From positions 11,228 through 75,227 of the forward strand of contig CAZFGR010000008.1 of assembly GCA_964518475.1 (NCBI GenBank): DNA of 64,000 nt, in the 5' to 3' direction. Source of the DNA: an uncultured Nitrososphaerota archaeon. GTDB taxonomy: Archaea > Asgardarchaeota > Njordarchaeia > Njordarchaeales > Njordarchaeaceae. The translations under genes were made by a program, and so were the position numbers. This document shows positions 52,509 to 62,776 of this stretch, one piece after another; positions within the stretch are counted from its first letter, which is position 1, and each line of letters begins with the position of its first letter. The notes under the pieces are model-generated. The model saw nothing but the letters and a program-made list of their open reading frames with translations. It was not told the origin of the DNA and ran no database searches.

Positions 52509-53264
52509 CTAGGAAGTTCTTAATGAGAGTTCTTCACGTAACTCTTCATGTTCTAAACCTGATATATTTTCCTCTATAATTACTATTTTAATAGGTAAAC
52601 TTCGCTGAAGAGCCCTAAGTGATTCCCTAATGAAGAGGTAGAAAAACGTTATTCCAAGTGCGAATAATGCTCTTTCTGGCAATACGTAAGGTATAGCCGT
52701 GATCCAGTAGATTGGAGGAATATTTAGGTAGTACAAATACATAACCGAGCCCACAGCATGATCAATGAAGGTCGCTGAGAGGGAGTATAAATAGATTAGT
52801 GGTATATCGTGTTTTCTAACCAGTCTCCATAGGTAAGGTCTCGCAAAAGTGATTATTATTGGGATTAGCCAGAATAGGCTGAAATACCATACTTGCCTAC
52901 CGATTGGGTGGATGATAAATAGGAAGATTATGATAATAGGCATAATGGCGTGATTTGCTTTCTTCTTAAACATCCTAGCAAAATAGATGCCCGCTAGGAA
53001 AAGTGGTGTGTATGAGATATACGAAAACCAGCTTTTTGCCTGAGAGATACCGATCAGCAACTGGATAAATCTTGCCCCAAATATAGCTATAGCACCAAAG
53101 GATCCCCCGACAAAAGCGGGTATTACAGGCCCAAGCATCGCAAGAATCGAAAATCTGCCGCCAGTACCGAATATTGGGTGGAGTTTTATTTTTGAGAAAA
53201 CTATCACACCTAGCATAAAGAAGAAAGTAAGAAAGCTTCTACTCAGCGTTTTTTCGTGTTTCAC
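52509..53264 (-). CDS. Integral membrane protein, ECF S-component-like
   Basis: About 7 TMs; GP..FVG..FGA pattern; HPIGRQVWYFSLFWLIP; ATFIDHAVG; coupled to thyX. Confidence 0.55.
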   Translation of the reverse strand: MKHEKTLSRSFLTFFFMLGVIVFSKIKLHPIFGTGGRFSILAMLGPVIPAFVGGSFGAIAIFGARFIQLLIGISQAKSWFSYISYTPLFLAGIYFARMFKKKANHAIMPIIIIFLFIIHPIGRQVWYFSLFWLIPIIITFARPYLWRLVRKHDIPLIYLYSLSATFIDHAVGSVMYLYYLNIPPIYWITAIPYVLPERALFALGITFFYLFIRESLRALQRSLPIKIVIIEENISGLEHEELREELSLRTS

Positions 53265-54136
53265 TTCTTTTTCACCTCCAATATCACGTTGATATCCAAG
53301 TTAATTGGTACACCTATTTTCTCGGAAACTTCTTTTTCTATATCATCGGGGGCCTTATATCCGAGGACGTCTGTTAAATCAAGTTTAAGGAACTCTCCAG
53401 GTTTTAGGGAGTCAAGATTTTTTCTTGCTTTATTAGCTATTTCTGTTAATTTTCCTATCAACTCTTCAACATCTTTTTTGCATTTATTTTTCCTCGTTCC
53501 TCTGCAGATCCCTTCATAGATACACGGGGGACCTACTCCTTCGAAAATATTGGGGTGAACTATGAGACCGGCAAGGAGTAATGCGTTAGCGACTGTTCTT
53601 ATTTCCCATTGTGCATCAAAGCACATCCTTTGATAAAGGATATGAATATACTCCTCAGCGTCGAAGGCGGATGCTAAATGAGTCTTGACGCCAATAGGTA
53701 AGGCGAAACGAGCATCCTCGGGTGGAATACCCATCTCTAACAACTTTAGGTATGTTTCTCCAGCTCTGAACTGGTTTGAAACGTATTCCAAGACCGCATT
53801 TACTCCTTTCCTCGTTATTGTTGGGGGAACAACAAACCAATCCGTGCGTCTAGGATCTATTTTAACAAATCTCAGACTCTGTTGCATATGTGCGGCTATT
53901 CTATATCTAACCCATTGATGAGTGAAGCTTCTTGAGACTCCCTCTATCGTGATTATGTAGTATGAGAAGTCTAGAACAGAGGATAATCTCATCTTCTTTG
54001 TCCACTTAAGCATTTTTCTAATATCTTCTAGAGATGGTGTTATGTCAGCAGCGCTTCTTTGCGATCTTGTCGCTAAGGCCCCAGCTGTCATTACTTCTTC
54101 GCTATTCTCCAAATAATCTAGCAAGATAATCCTCAT
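53261..54136 (-). CDS. thyX: FAD-dependent thymidylate synthase
   Basis: SVLD, GVSRSFTHQWVRYR..MQQSLRF, EDARFALP, R.C.DAQWEIR. Confidence 0.88.
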   Translation of the reverse strand: MRIILLDYLENSEEVMTAGALATRSQRSAADITPSLEDIRKMLKWTKKMRLSSVLDFSYYIITIEGVSRSFTHQWVRYRIAAHMQQSLRFVKIDPRRTDWFVVPPTITRKGVNAVLEYVSNQFRAGETYLKLLEMGIPPEDARFALPIGVKTHLASAFDAEEYIHILYQRMCFDAQWEIRTVANALLLAGLIVHPNIFEGVGPPCIYEGICRGTRKNKCKKDVEELIGKLTEIANKARKNLDSLKPGEFLKLDLTDVLGYKAPDDIEKEVSEKIGVPINLDINVILEVKKK

Positions 54137-55391
54137 ACCTACTCACCGGGAAACAATATTTTATTTCCCTATACTCTTTCCTAAACTCCACAACTTCGTT
54201 AACAACGTTCTTGTTTTCGTGGAGAGCCTTGTGGAAAAGTTCAGCTATGTACCTCATTTCACTCTCTTTCATACCCCAACGCGTCAATTCCTGAACTCCT
54301 ATCCTTATACCGCTGGGGTTCTGGGTAGCATCTTTGTCCGAATCCCATGGCAACGCAATTTTTGTCACAATAATGTTGTTTTCTTCAAGCTTATTCGCCA
54401 CGACTCTACCACCACCCAGTCCCTTCACATCCACCAGTACCTGATGAGACTCGGTAAATCCTTTGTGTGGGCAAAGCACTTTGAATCCAAGGGAATATAA
54501 CTCATCCGCAAGCGCCTTGGCGTTTCGAACCACTTGACTAGCATACTCTTTCCCAAACTCATTCATTTCTAAAGCAGTAATACCAAGTGCTGGGAATCGA
54601 TGAATATGATGATTATAAACGACTCCCGGGAACGCTGTTCTCTCAATTTTGCTCCATAGTTTCTCGTCAAAATCTTTCCTAGCAATTATTGCTCCGCCTT
54701 GAGGCCCAGGGAAAGTCTTATGAGTCGAGGTAGTTATAATGTCAGCACCCTCAATTAAGGGATCCTGAAACCTTCCTCCCCAGATAAGACCAAATACATG
54801 GGCAGCATCATACATTATCTTGATCCTAGGATCAATAGCCTCTCTTATCTCCTTAATGGGTTCAGGGAATAGAAATACAGAACGACCAAAGATTACGATC
54901 TTCGGCCGCACATTATTTATAAGTTCAATAGTCTTGTCCACATCCACGACCATTTCATCAGAATCAAAATACATGGGAACCTCAGCTAGTCCTAAAATGC
55001 CTGCTACTCCATATCTAGTGTGAGAAACATGAGCACCAGCGGTCAATTTAGGAGAAATGATAGCATCTCCGATCTTAGTTAAAGCCCTCATAACAATTAG
55101 ATTAGCCATCCCACCACTCAAAGGTCTTAATTCGACATAAGGTGTGTCAAATTTTTCACGAAAAATCTCCTTCACAACACTCTCTATTTCCATAGCATAT
55201 TTTGTTCCTTGGTAGTGAGACTCTCCATTGTGCTCATTATAGCGGCCCATGAAATCCGACACATATAGTTTCTCTGCTAGCGGAGACATAACATTCTCAG
55301 AAGCTACCATATTCAAGCATTCATAACGTCTCCACTTGTTATGGTTCTCTACAATTGCAAGAATTCTCTCTAAAATGCCCTCAATGTCCAT
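54102..55391 (-). CDS. glyA: Serine hydroxymethyltransferase
   Basis: VASENVMS, GAHVSH, YDAAH, STHKTFPGPQGG, PSGIRIG. Confidence 0.95.
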   Translation of the reverse strand: MDIEGILERILAIVENHNKWRRYECLNMVASENVMSPLAEKLYVSDFMGRYNEHNGESHYQGTKYAMEIESVVKEIFREKFDTPYVELRPLSGGMANLIVMRALTKIGDAIISPKLTAGAHVSHTRYGVAGILGLAEVPMYFDSDEMVVDVDKTIELINNVRPKIVIFGRSVFLFPEPIKEIREAIDPRIKIMYDAAHVFGLIWGGRFQDPLIEGADIITTSTHKTFPGPQGGAIIARKDFDEKLWSKIERTAFPGVVYNHHIHRFPALGITALEMNEFGKEYASQVVRNAKALADELYSLGFKVLCPHKGFTESHQVLVDVKGLGGGRVVANKLEENNIIVTKIALPWDSDKDATQNPSGIRIGVQELTRWGMKESEMRYIAELFHKALHENKNVVNEVVEFRKEYREIKYCFPVSRYEDYLARLFGE

Positions 55392-55540
55392 GATTCCGCC
55401 TCTAAAAATCCTTAATGATCCATTAGAACGGGATCTTGGGTTAAAAAATAGATGATATTAGGGAAATACAGGTCAATGTATCTACAATAATCGTATATGA
55501 GAATCAACCTTCATCATATGGATTACTAGGAAATCGTAAC

Positions 55541-56906
55541 TTATTCACTCAGTAACTTGTTCAGTGTTTTCAAATCGATCAATACTCTGTGTTCATTAAT
55601 TTCTAGATCACTAGGAGCTTTCTTAGTTACTATTATGTAATAATTTCTTGGAGACATTAATCCCGTTCTCGCAGCTTTATCTTCTAATTCTCGAAACGTA
55701 TTTAGGGCCTCTTCTTTGTCCAATTCTCTCCATTTTATCTCAACAAATGTGGTAGATTTTCCGGGATCCCTGATTACGGCATCTATCTCTTCACCCTTAT
55801 ACCACCATTTACCAATTTCTATTGGTCTAGTCTTTACTACTCCTATCTCGTAGAGTTTTGGAATGAGTTCTAATACAACATCCTCAAACACGTTTGATAA
55901 GTAGTGAGATAGAGTATCTTTTATGTAGGAGAGTGCATCCTCTATATAGCCCATCTCCAAAATATTCCTTAACCTACGTATATACGTGAACCAAAACCTA
56001 AAGTAGTTATCTTAAACATGACTTTAACGGGTTTTCGAAAACCTAGAGGTCTTATTCTCCTCAGAATATCCAGTTCCTCAAGAAGTTCTATATACTTAGT
56101 TATGCTCCTAACATCTATTCGAGCTGCAGAAGCCAGCTCACTCGGGGATGTTCTCCCCTCCGCAATCATTGATAGTATTGTGAAATAGGTTCTAGGCTCC
56201 CTCACTTCTTGTCGAAGAATATTTAGAGCTTCATCATATAGGTAAGTGCCGGGAGTTATGACTGTTTTAATGTTCTCATCCACACTTTTCTCAGCACTCA
56301 GTTTCTCTAGATACGCTGGAATTCCCCCAACTACACCATAAATTGTTAGTAATTCTGTGAAGGTATATCGTGGAAAGAACCCTCTAATCTCTAGAAAATT
56401 CATTGGTTTCATCTTTAGGGAAGCCTCCCTTCTTCCAAATAATGGGCTCTTATACCCTAGTAGTTTCTTTTCGAAGAAGGAAACAGCAGAACCACACAAA
56501 ATAAGCATAATTTTGGACCGTTTGAGCTTAGTATTTATAAGTCTCTATAACCTAGAAGGAAACGTGGGATCCCCATCCACAATGTACTGAAACTCATCAA
56601 GAACTATCAAAAGCCTTTCTCTGTAGATATCAGCGATCGCATCAAGAACCTCGACTAAATCCCCAGAAATGGGCATATGTAGGAACTCCTTAACACTATC
56701 TGAGAACTCCTTAGAAATGATTTCGTAGGGAAACTCCGTCGCTATATAATAGATATGAGGCTTATCTTTAGCAAATTCAGCCAAAAGTCTCGTCTTTCCA
56801 ACCCGTCTCCGACCGTAAATAATCACAAGAGAAAATTCTTCTTTTCCCAGATACTTTCTAGGAGCCTCATCTCGTATTCTCTATCGACGAATATTTTTCG
56901 TCTCAA
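55541..56906 (-). pseudogene. Archaeal ATPase paralog C disrupted by two frameshifts and an in-frame TAG
   Basis: FVDREYEM, YGRRRVGKT, LDEFQY, SRL*RL (TAG at 56545-56547), DNYFRFW, EIDAV..VEIKW. One-base losses near 56842-56845 and 56012. Confidence 0.88.
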
Positions 56907-57222
56907 AAGACGACACCTATAGATACGCTAAGTATAATACTACTATATCAAAGAAGAGTATCACTCTATTTATTATTTGTTTTCGAAAAGACGAGAAAGC
57001 GTTTCTAGTAAGTAATATCAGGTTAGATATTGAAATATCTTCATAAACGCTATTTTTGTTAAATGAAAATATCATAAATTGAGAACTAGGATTAACTGTT
57101 CGTTTATTAAATCTACAAAGTAGAATTTATTTCCTTCTTTGCTTGGCGAAGTTTTAAAAGAATTTAATACTATATTATCTTAATGCTTCGAATTATGTAA
57201 TATGTGTGTTAGGTGACTTTAT

Positions 57223-57630
57223 TTGGCTCCTCGACTTGCTGGTGCAAAAATTATTGGTTCTTTATTTGTTTTGGCTGGTATCTTTCTTATACTAGCAGGG
57301 ATCTCTAGTTACATAACCTTACCCGGTCTTCAAACTGTGTTAAAAGATGTAGCTACTTATTTAGCGACAGTGGGTGCTGTTAGATCTGTTATATATGGAA
57401 TATTAGCTATGGCTCTTGGTGTAGGTCTTATCAGAGAGGAGGAGTGGGCTGCGGGAGGAACCTTTATCCTGTTACTCGTGCTTCTAATTGATTTGATTCC
57501 GCAGACATGGTATCTGATCACGAGTTTTAGTATAGCTAACCTACCGCTCGCTGGATGGCTCTATCTGGTAACTACAATAATCTCTGTGATAATCCTAATA
57601 TACCTAATAGTCGCGAAGGGTTGGAGATAA
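57223..57630 (+). CDS. Four-TM membrane protein
   Basis: Four hydrophobic helices. Confidence 0.65.
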   Translation: MAPRLAGAKIIGSLFVLAGIFLILAGISSYITLPGLQTVLKDVATYLATVGAVRSVIYGILAMALGVGLIREEEWAAGGTFILLLVLLIDLIPQTWYLITSFSIANLPLAGWLYLVTTIISVIILIYLIVAKGWR

Positions 57631-59313
57631 GCTCTTCTCTATTATATCTTTTTTCTTATTTTGTTTAGTAGCGTCATGATGCCTTCTTCTTGTTTTTGAC
57701 CTAATTAGATAACCAGTAATTATTACCATAACTACTATTGCTCCAATTAAGATTCTATGGATAATTGCTCTTGGGTAATTCCACTTGTTCAGCGGGTCAG
57801 TACCTAGATCCACCTCCGTCCCATCGAGATAGGAGTCACCATCAGAATCCGGTTTATAAGGATCTGTTCCATAGAAATGTTCGGAATAATCAGAGAGAAA
57901 ATCGAAATCACTATCAACTAATTGAAGAGAGTTCGTTCGCGAAACATTGCCTCCAGGAATCCAGTAAATACGGTGACCAGATGGATTTGGCTTTAAGCAG
58001 TAAATTAACGCGTAATACTTTTTCATCTTTAAAGACTCGGTGAGATTCTCTCCAACGACGACGACTTCATTGAATCCATCACCATCGACATCGCCTATCA
58101 TTGGGCCTTGACCGAGAGATATTTCATCAGGAAACTTATAGTACCAAGATAAGGAACCATCCTCAATATTCAATGCAAACAGTAGAGAGCCAGATGTAAA
58201 TAGTGCTTCGAGTCTATTATCGCCATCAACGTCTCCTAGTACGAATCCTCTAACATAAGCCTCGTCTCCAAACGGTGGTAGAGTAGTTCTCCAGATGACC
58301 TTTCCGTTAATAACATCATAAGCAACTACAATACTTTCGCTAAAATTGGATCCAAAAGCTATTATTTCTGGATAACTATCATGGGTAATATCATATAGCG
58401 CGATGAAAAAAATGATATGCTCAAAAAATATTGGGGTTCTTATTAATTTGTTACTCATTATTTTCCAAACAAGAACTCTAGGAGTAGCAAAAATTGCATC
58501 CGGATAGCCGTCACGATCAATATCTGCGATCAGAGAAAACTCCCCCGATGATCCTCCCCATTCCTCTCCAAGTGAGGGAGCACGTCTATAGAACACCAGC
58601 TCTCCCCTATAAGTCAATACAACTACTGATAATTTACTAGTGGTTAATAATACAATATCTAATCTACCATCATTATCAAAATCATAGATCGAGAACCACG
58701 AGTGAAAAAGTTCTGGAAATTCGATAACTCTTTCCCACATTATTTGGCCGGAATAATCTAATAAAGCGATGTATCCATAACCATTCCCAACAATTATTTC
58801 TGTAAAACCATCATCGTTAATATCGACCGCAGCCAACATGTTAATTATTCCCGCTTTGGGTAAATCTCTCCGCCAAATAATCTCTCCATTTAAACCATTC
58901 AAAGCCAGTAAAGTGGTATTTGAGGTAGAAAGTCCAATTCCTGAGGCGAGAATAACATCTTTGACACCATCTCTGTTAACATCTATGAAAACCGGATAAA
59001 CATTAGGAGGAGGATTTTGGGGGTATTCCAGACATTTACTCCACAAAATCTTGCCAGATATACCATCAAGAACGACGACTCCATAACCCTCTAGAATTAC
59101 TTCATTTATCCCGTCATGGTTCAAGTCAGTAATGCTTATTAGTGTTGTTAAAGGACTCACATAAGGGATTGTTGAATTCATTACCCAAAGTACAGAGATC
59201 TCGACATTTTCGCGATATCTGCCATCATTCTGTGCTGTGACTCCTTTACTATAGGTAAGGCTAAGAAATAGAAAAGAGAAAAGGAGAAGATATAGGAGGA
59301 GTGCTTTTTTCAT
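57604..59313 (-). CDS. Membrane-anchored FG-GAP/VCBS beta-propeller protein with TSP3-like repeat
   Basis: Signal peptide; about 8 D(L/V/I)xxDGxxE motifs; DSDGDSYLDGTE..GTDP; C-terminal TM and basic tail. Confidence 0.82.
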   Translation of the reverse strand: MKKALLLYLLLFSFLFLSLTYSKGVTAQNDGRYRENVEISVLWVMNSTIPYVSPLTTLISITDLNHDGINEVILEGYGVVVLDGISGKILWSKCLEYPQNPPPNVYPVFIDVNRDGVKDVILASGIGLSTSNTTLLALNGLNGEIIWRRDLPKAGIINMLAAVDINDDGFTEIIVGNGYGYIALLDYSGQIMWERVIEFPELFHSWFSIYDFDNDGRLDIVLLTTSKLSVVVLTYRGELVFYRRAPSLGEEWGGSSGEFSLIADIDRDGYPDAIFATPRVLVWKIMSNKLIRTPIFFEHIIFFIALYDITHDSYPEIIAFGSNFSESIVVAYDVINGKVIWRTTLPPFGDEAYVRGFVLGDVDGDNRLEALFTSGSLLFALNIEDGSLSWYYKFPDEISLGQGPMIGDVDGDGFNEVVVVGENLTESLKMKKYYALIYCLKPNPSGHRIYWIPGGNVSRTNSLQLVDSDFDFLSDYSEHFYGTDPYKPDSDGDSYLDGTEVDLGTDPLNKWNYPRAIIHRILIGAIVVMVIITGYLIRSKTRRRHHDATKQNKKKDIIEKSLSPTLRDY

Positions 59314-59339
59314 AATATATCCCTTAAGTAATAACCATC

Positions 59340-60500
59340 TTATCCAATCACTATTAAGTTTCGGTCGCCACCAGAGCTTGAATCTCCATTAGAATCTCCA
59401 GTGGAGTAATTTATATCCTCTGGGGAGTCCGCTGACTTTGTCATCCTGTTAGGCCAAATATCATCTGAATTCGCATCACTATAATAGTCATATTGAGTAA
59501 AGCCTCCGTAAAGTTCGCTTTTCATCAGACTATCTCCGATATATTCGATGGCCTTATTGTTCATAACATTAGTTATAACAGCTTCTAATGTCTCTATTAC
59601 TGTTCTTACAGTTACATCTTGCTTGAAAGTCCATAATACGGTACCAGTCGTGTTATCTAGAACATCTAAAGTATATGCATCAGCAAAGTTATCTGAATAA
59701 CAAGCTGCGATATATACCCAATCTAACGCTGGACCTATCTGCATTAGCCAGCTTCTAAGCGTTGACCAAGGTATATAGCAATCCACGTATCTATTTCCAT
59801 CCCAGTACGGAACTATTAATCCATTTGAGCAGCCATGAGCTATAATTGTTAATCCTACCCTATCATATATATTTGTGCTCTTATCAAGTTGCAAGAGAAT
59901 GTTTTTTATATCATTTAAGGATACAAATTTCAGTGTTTCACGATAATAAATGAATTTCTTAGCGTCGGAAGAATACGAATACTTCTTATCTTCTTCAATT
60001 TCTGGATGTTGTGCGAACGACGTAAGCCACCATACTCGCCAATCGTAAGTGCTAAATACTTTATAGAGACTATTAGTATTGGGATGTATTGTCACGGGGT
60101 ATAATCCTTTTGGTGGGTTCGTTTTACTAAAGTAGATATCATCATTAGGTATGTCTAATGTATCATTAACATAATTGGTTATTGCTATTATGAGTAAAAT
60201 TCCGTTTCCTAATTTATCCCACCTAGATTCCTCCTCTGGAATGTCCTGAAGTTCTAGTAGATCCGAAGGAATTCTATTTATTGTAGAGGCACTTAATGTA
60301 TAATTTAGAAAAGTATCACCCACATTTATCAAAGAGAACTCTCGGTGAGAAGTAAGATAATCGTTCCAATATATGTCTAATGAATGATGCGAGATAGTTA
60401 ACCTTACTTGATAATCTGCAATCTCTTTATTTTCATAGAAAGGCATTGATACAAACGCTAATATCAAAAGAACCGTTACAAAGAACTCTCTCTTCTGCAT
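59340..60500 (-). CDS. Secreted caspase-hemoglobinase fold (clan CD) cysteine peptidase
   Basis: ILLIIAITNY first strand; His-Cys dyad LTIIAHG and VYIAACYS; signal peptide. Confidence 0.65.
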   Translation of the reverse strand: MQKREFFVTVLLILAFVSMPFYENKEIADYQVRLTISHHSLDIYWNDYLTSHREFSLINVGDTFLNYTLSASTINRIPSDLLELQDIPEEESRWDKLGNGILLIIAITNYVNDTLDIPNDDIYFSKTNPPKGLYPVTIHPNTNSLYKVFSTYDWRVWWLTSFAQHPEIEEDKKYSYSSDAKKFIYYRETLKFVSLNDIKNILLQLDKSTNIYDRVGLTIIAHGCSNGLIVPYWDGNRYVDCYIPWSTLRSWLMQIGPALDWVYIAACYSDNFADAYTLDVLDNTTGTVLWTFKQDVTVRTVIETLEAVITNVMNNKAIEYIGDSLMKSELYGGFTQYDYYSDANSDDIWPNRMTKSADSPEDINYSTGDSNGDSSSGGDRNLIVIG

Positions 60501-60704
60501 CTCACCACCATTAGCAGAAGTAGAATAAATTAGAATAAATTAGGATAATGTTATCATATTTAGTAATGACTTTTTGTAATAGATAATTAATAAATGTAAT
60601 GGATGGTTAATAAGTATGGATCTTACTTGATCTACTTATGAAAAGCAGAGAGAGTTCTCTTGGGGAGATAATAATTTATTAAACCATCATTCTTGATCGA
60701 GAAG

Positions 60705-61049
60705 CTAATCTACTTCAATACTAAATTCTTCTAGTTCACCCTTTTCGGATTTTATTAAGAATGTCACCTTTTGTTTCTCTTTTTCGAGTTTTTTAAGAGT
60801 GTAGATAACTATCCACCCAGTATAACCATGATTTAGAGGCAATTTATCCTCTATAAATACTTCCCTATTAACAAGTTTGCTAAGAACTTCTCTGAAATCT
60901 TCAAAGTAATCATGAAGCCCACAAGTTAGGCAGAAATGACCAGTAAAGAGCAGAGCCACATTATCTTTTCCCTTCCCAACGAACTCCACTCTTACCTCTG
61001 GATAAAATCTAGCATGGAACTCGTTTATGGCTTTCTTAACGATTTCCAT
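60705..61049 (-). CDS. Conserved archaeal hypothetical protein with CxxC
   Basis: FTGHFCLTCGLHDYFEDF. Confidence 0.65.
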   Translation of the reverse strand: MEIVKKAINEFHARFYPEVRVEFVGKGKDNVALLFTGHFCLTCGLHDYFEDFREVLSKLVNREVFIEDKLPLNHGYTGWIVIYTLKKLEKEKQKVTFLIKSEKGELEEFSIEVD

Positions 61050-61102
61050 GCTTAGCAGGATCGCTCACCCCAAGCAATAAATTGCTTGAGCAGGAAGAGC
61101 TA

Positions 61103-61333
61103 TCATCTTTTGGGTGATTTACTCGCAATACCCACTATGGCTATGAGAATACCTATTATTATCAAGAAGAGCCCCATTCCAAGTCCTTGGACAAGAGTTA
61201 GACCTAGTTGACCAGTAATAAAATCTACCATAGCGGGTTCTCCTTCACGAATTCCCATCATTATAACGAAACCTATTAAGGCAATAAAAATAGCTTGAAC
61301 AATTCTATTCGTATTCAATTCTTTCACACTCAA
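61103..61333 (-). CDS. Small two-TM membrane protein
   Basis: Two hydrophobic helices. Confidence 0.55.
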   Translation of the reverse strand: MSVKELNTNRIVQAIFIALIGFVIMMGIREGEPAMVDFITGQLGLTLVQGLGMGLFLIIIGILIAIVGIASKSPKR

Positions 61334-61461
61334 TACTCAGTCATAATAAAGAACTCTTTACCTTCTATATAAACCCGACTAATTTTTTCTATACAACTAA
61401 AACATACGTAATAAAAAATGCGTAATAAAGAATGAGGAAAATTAGCGAATTTAAAGAAAGA

Positions 61462-61848
61462 CTACTCAACTTTTAGCTCTCTCTCACTTTTCCACAATCC
61501 ATGAATGTTGCAGTAGGAGAAAGCAATTAACTTGCCAGGTTTTTCAGTTTTAAAAGCAAATACTGCTATAGGCTCGGTATACACTCCACCCTTGTTAGGA
61601 CCTTGTGCAGATTCTCCATGAGCTGTAAACTCCGCTTTCCCAATCTCGTAAGGAAAGGCTTCTCCCTCTGGCCAGAAAATCAGTTGAATCCAGCGAATAT
61701 GGTGCTCTGTTGTGTTTGGGTGAGGAATTTCTTTGCCTACGCTCACCGTCACTCGAACAAGTTCGCCTTTTTTAACACTTTCTGGAGCTTCAATTACTGG
61801 TACATGCTTCTCTGTTTTCCAATCAGCTGTTCTGAAAAGTTCAGACAT
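61462..61848 (-). CDS. sor: Superoxide reductase (neelaredoxin type)
   Basis: EKHVP, HPNTTEHHI, CNIHG. Start taken at MSELF. Confidence 0.93.
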   Translation of the reverse strand: MSELFRTADWKTEKHVPVIEAPESVKKGELVRVTVSVGKEIPHPNTTEHHIRWIQLIFWPEGEAFPYEIGKAEFTAHGESAQGPNKGGVYTEPIAVFAFKTEKPGKLIAFSYCNIHGLWKSERELKVE

Positions 61849-61913
61849 AGAAGACACCGTTACTATTTTGAAACATTTCAATCAAAAAATGTGAAGAAAA
61901 AAGGTTTTAAGTT

Positions 61914-62579
61914 TTATTCTAATGGTTTATAGCAGAACCACCAATCAAAACATTCGTACTGTTTAAGTCTCTCTTCTGCGGTTTTTATGTCTGATGCTGG
62001 GGGGACGATAACTTTGTCTCCTATTAACTCATTATTTGGCCAATTAGCTGGTAATGCCACATTGTACTTATCGGATATCTGGAGCGCTTTGATGATTCGG
62101 AGAATCTCATCCATATTCCTACCGATCTCCTGTGGGTAGTAGAGAATAACTCTCAGTATTCCATTTGGGTCAATGATAAAGACGGCTCTGACAGTATTAG
62201 TTCCTTTCGCGGGATGAATCATCCCAAGCATCTTAGCGATTCTTCCTTGACCATCAGCAATTATTGGGAACTTTATTTCAATACCTAGTTTCTCCTTTAT
62301 CCATTCAACCCACTTAATATGCGAGAATACTTGATCAATAGATAAACCGATGAGCTCGGCGTTTAGTTTCTTGAACTCTTCGTACCTCTTCTGAAACGCA
62401 ACAAATTCTGTGGTACATACTGGTGTGAAATCTCCTGGGTGACTGAAGAGAACTAGCCACTTACCCCTATAATCATCTGGAATCTTTACTCTACCCATTG
62501 TAGTTTGAGCTTCAAAACTGGGAAATTTCTCTCCGATTAACGGCATTCGTAATTGAGTTGTCTCATTCATATTTAACAC
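61914..62579 (-). CDS. Peroxiredoxin (archaeal Prx6-type)
   Basis: [22 protein letters not shown]-terminal CFDWWFC. Confidence 0.94.
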   Translation of the reverse strand: MLNMNETTQLRMPLIGEKFPSFEAQTTMGRVKIPDDYRGKWLVLFSHPGDFTPVCTTEFVAFQKRYEEFKKLNAELIGLSIDQVFSHIKWVEWIKEKLGIEIKFPIIADGQGRIAKMLGMIHPAKGTNTVRAVFIIDPNGILRVILYYPQEIGRNMDEILRIIKALQISDKYNVALPANWPNNELIGDKVIVPPASDIKTAEERLKQYECFDWWFCYKPLE

Positions 62580-62776
62580 CTATTTTGGTTCGATTATTTT
62601 ACCAATATGGTTCAATAATTATAACACCTATGGATGATATATAAAGTTTTCTGTTTAGAATGAGTACAAATATTGAGAAAGAGATTCATCAGAGAAGATC
62701 TTACATTCATCCAACGTAATGAGATTTTTTATATTCTTATATTATATTAGTCTTTCTAAATACTGAACGTCTTTAT

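Noticed and set aside
56545-56547. In-frame TAG as pyrrolysine or readthrough
   Set aside because: It aligns to a conserved Gln (a single CAG-to-TAG change), the gene has other lesions, and no pyl genes are in the window.
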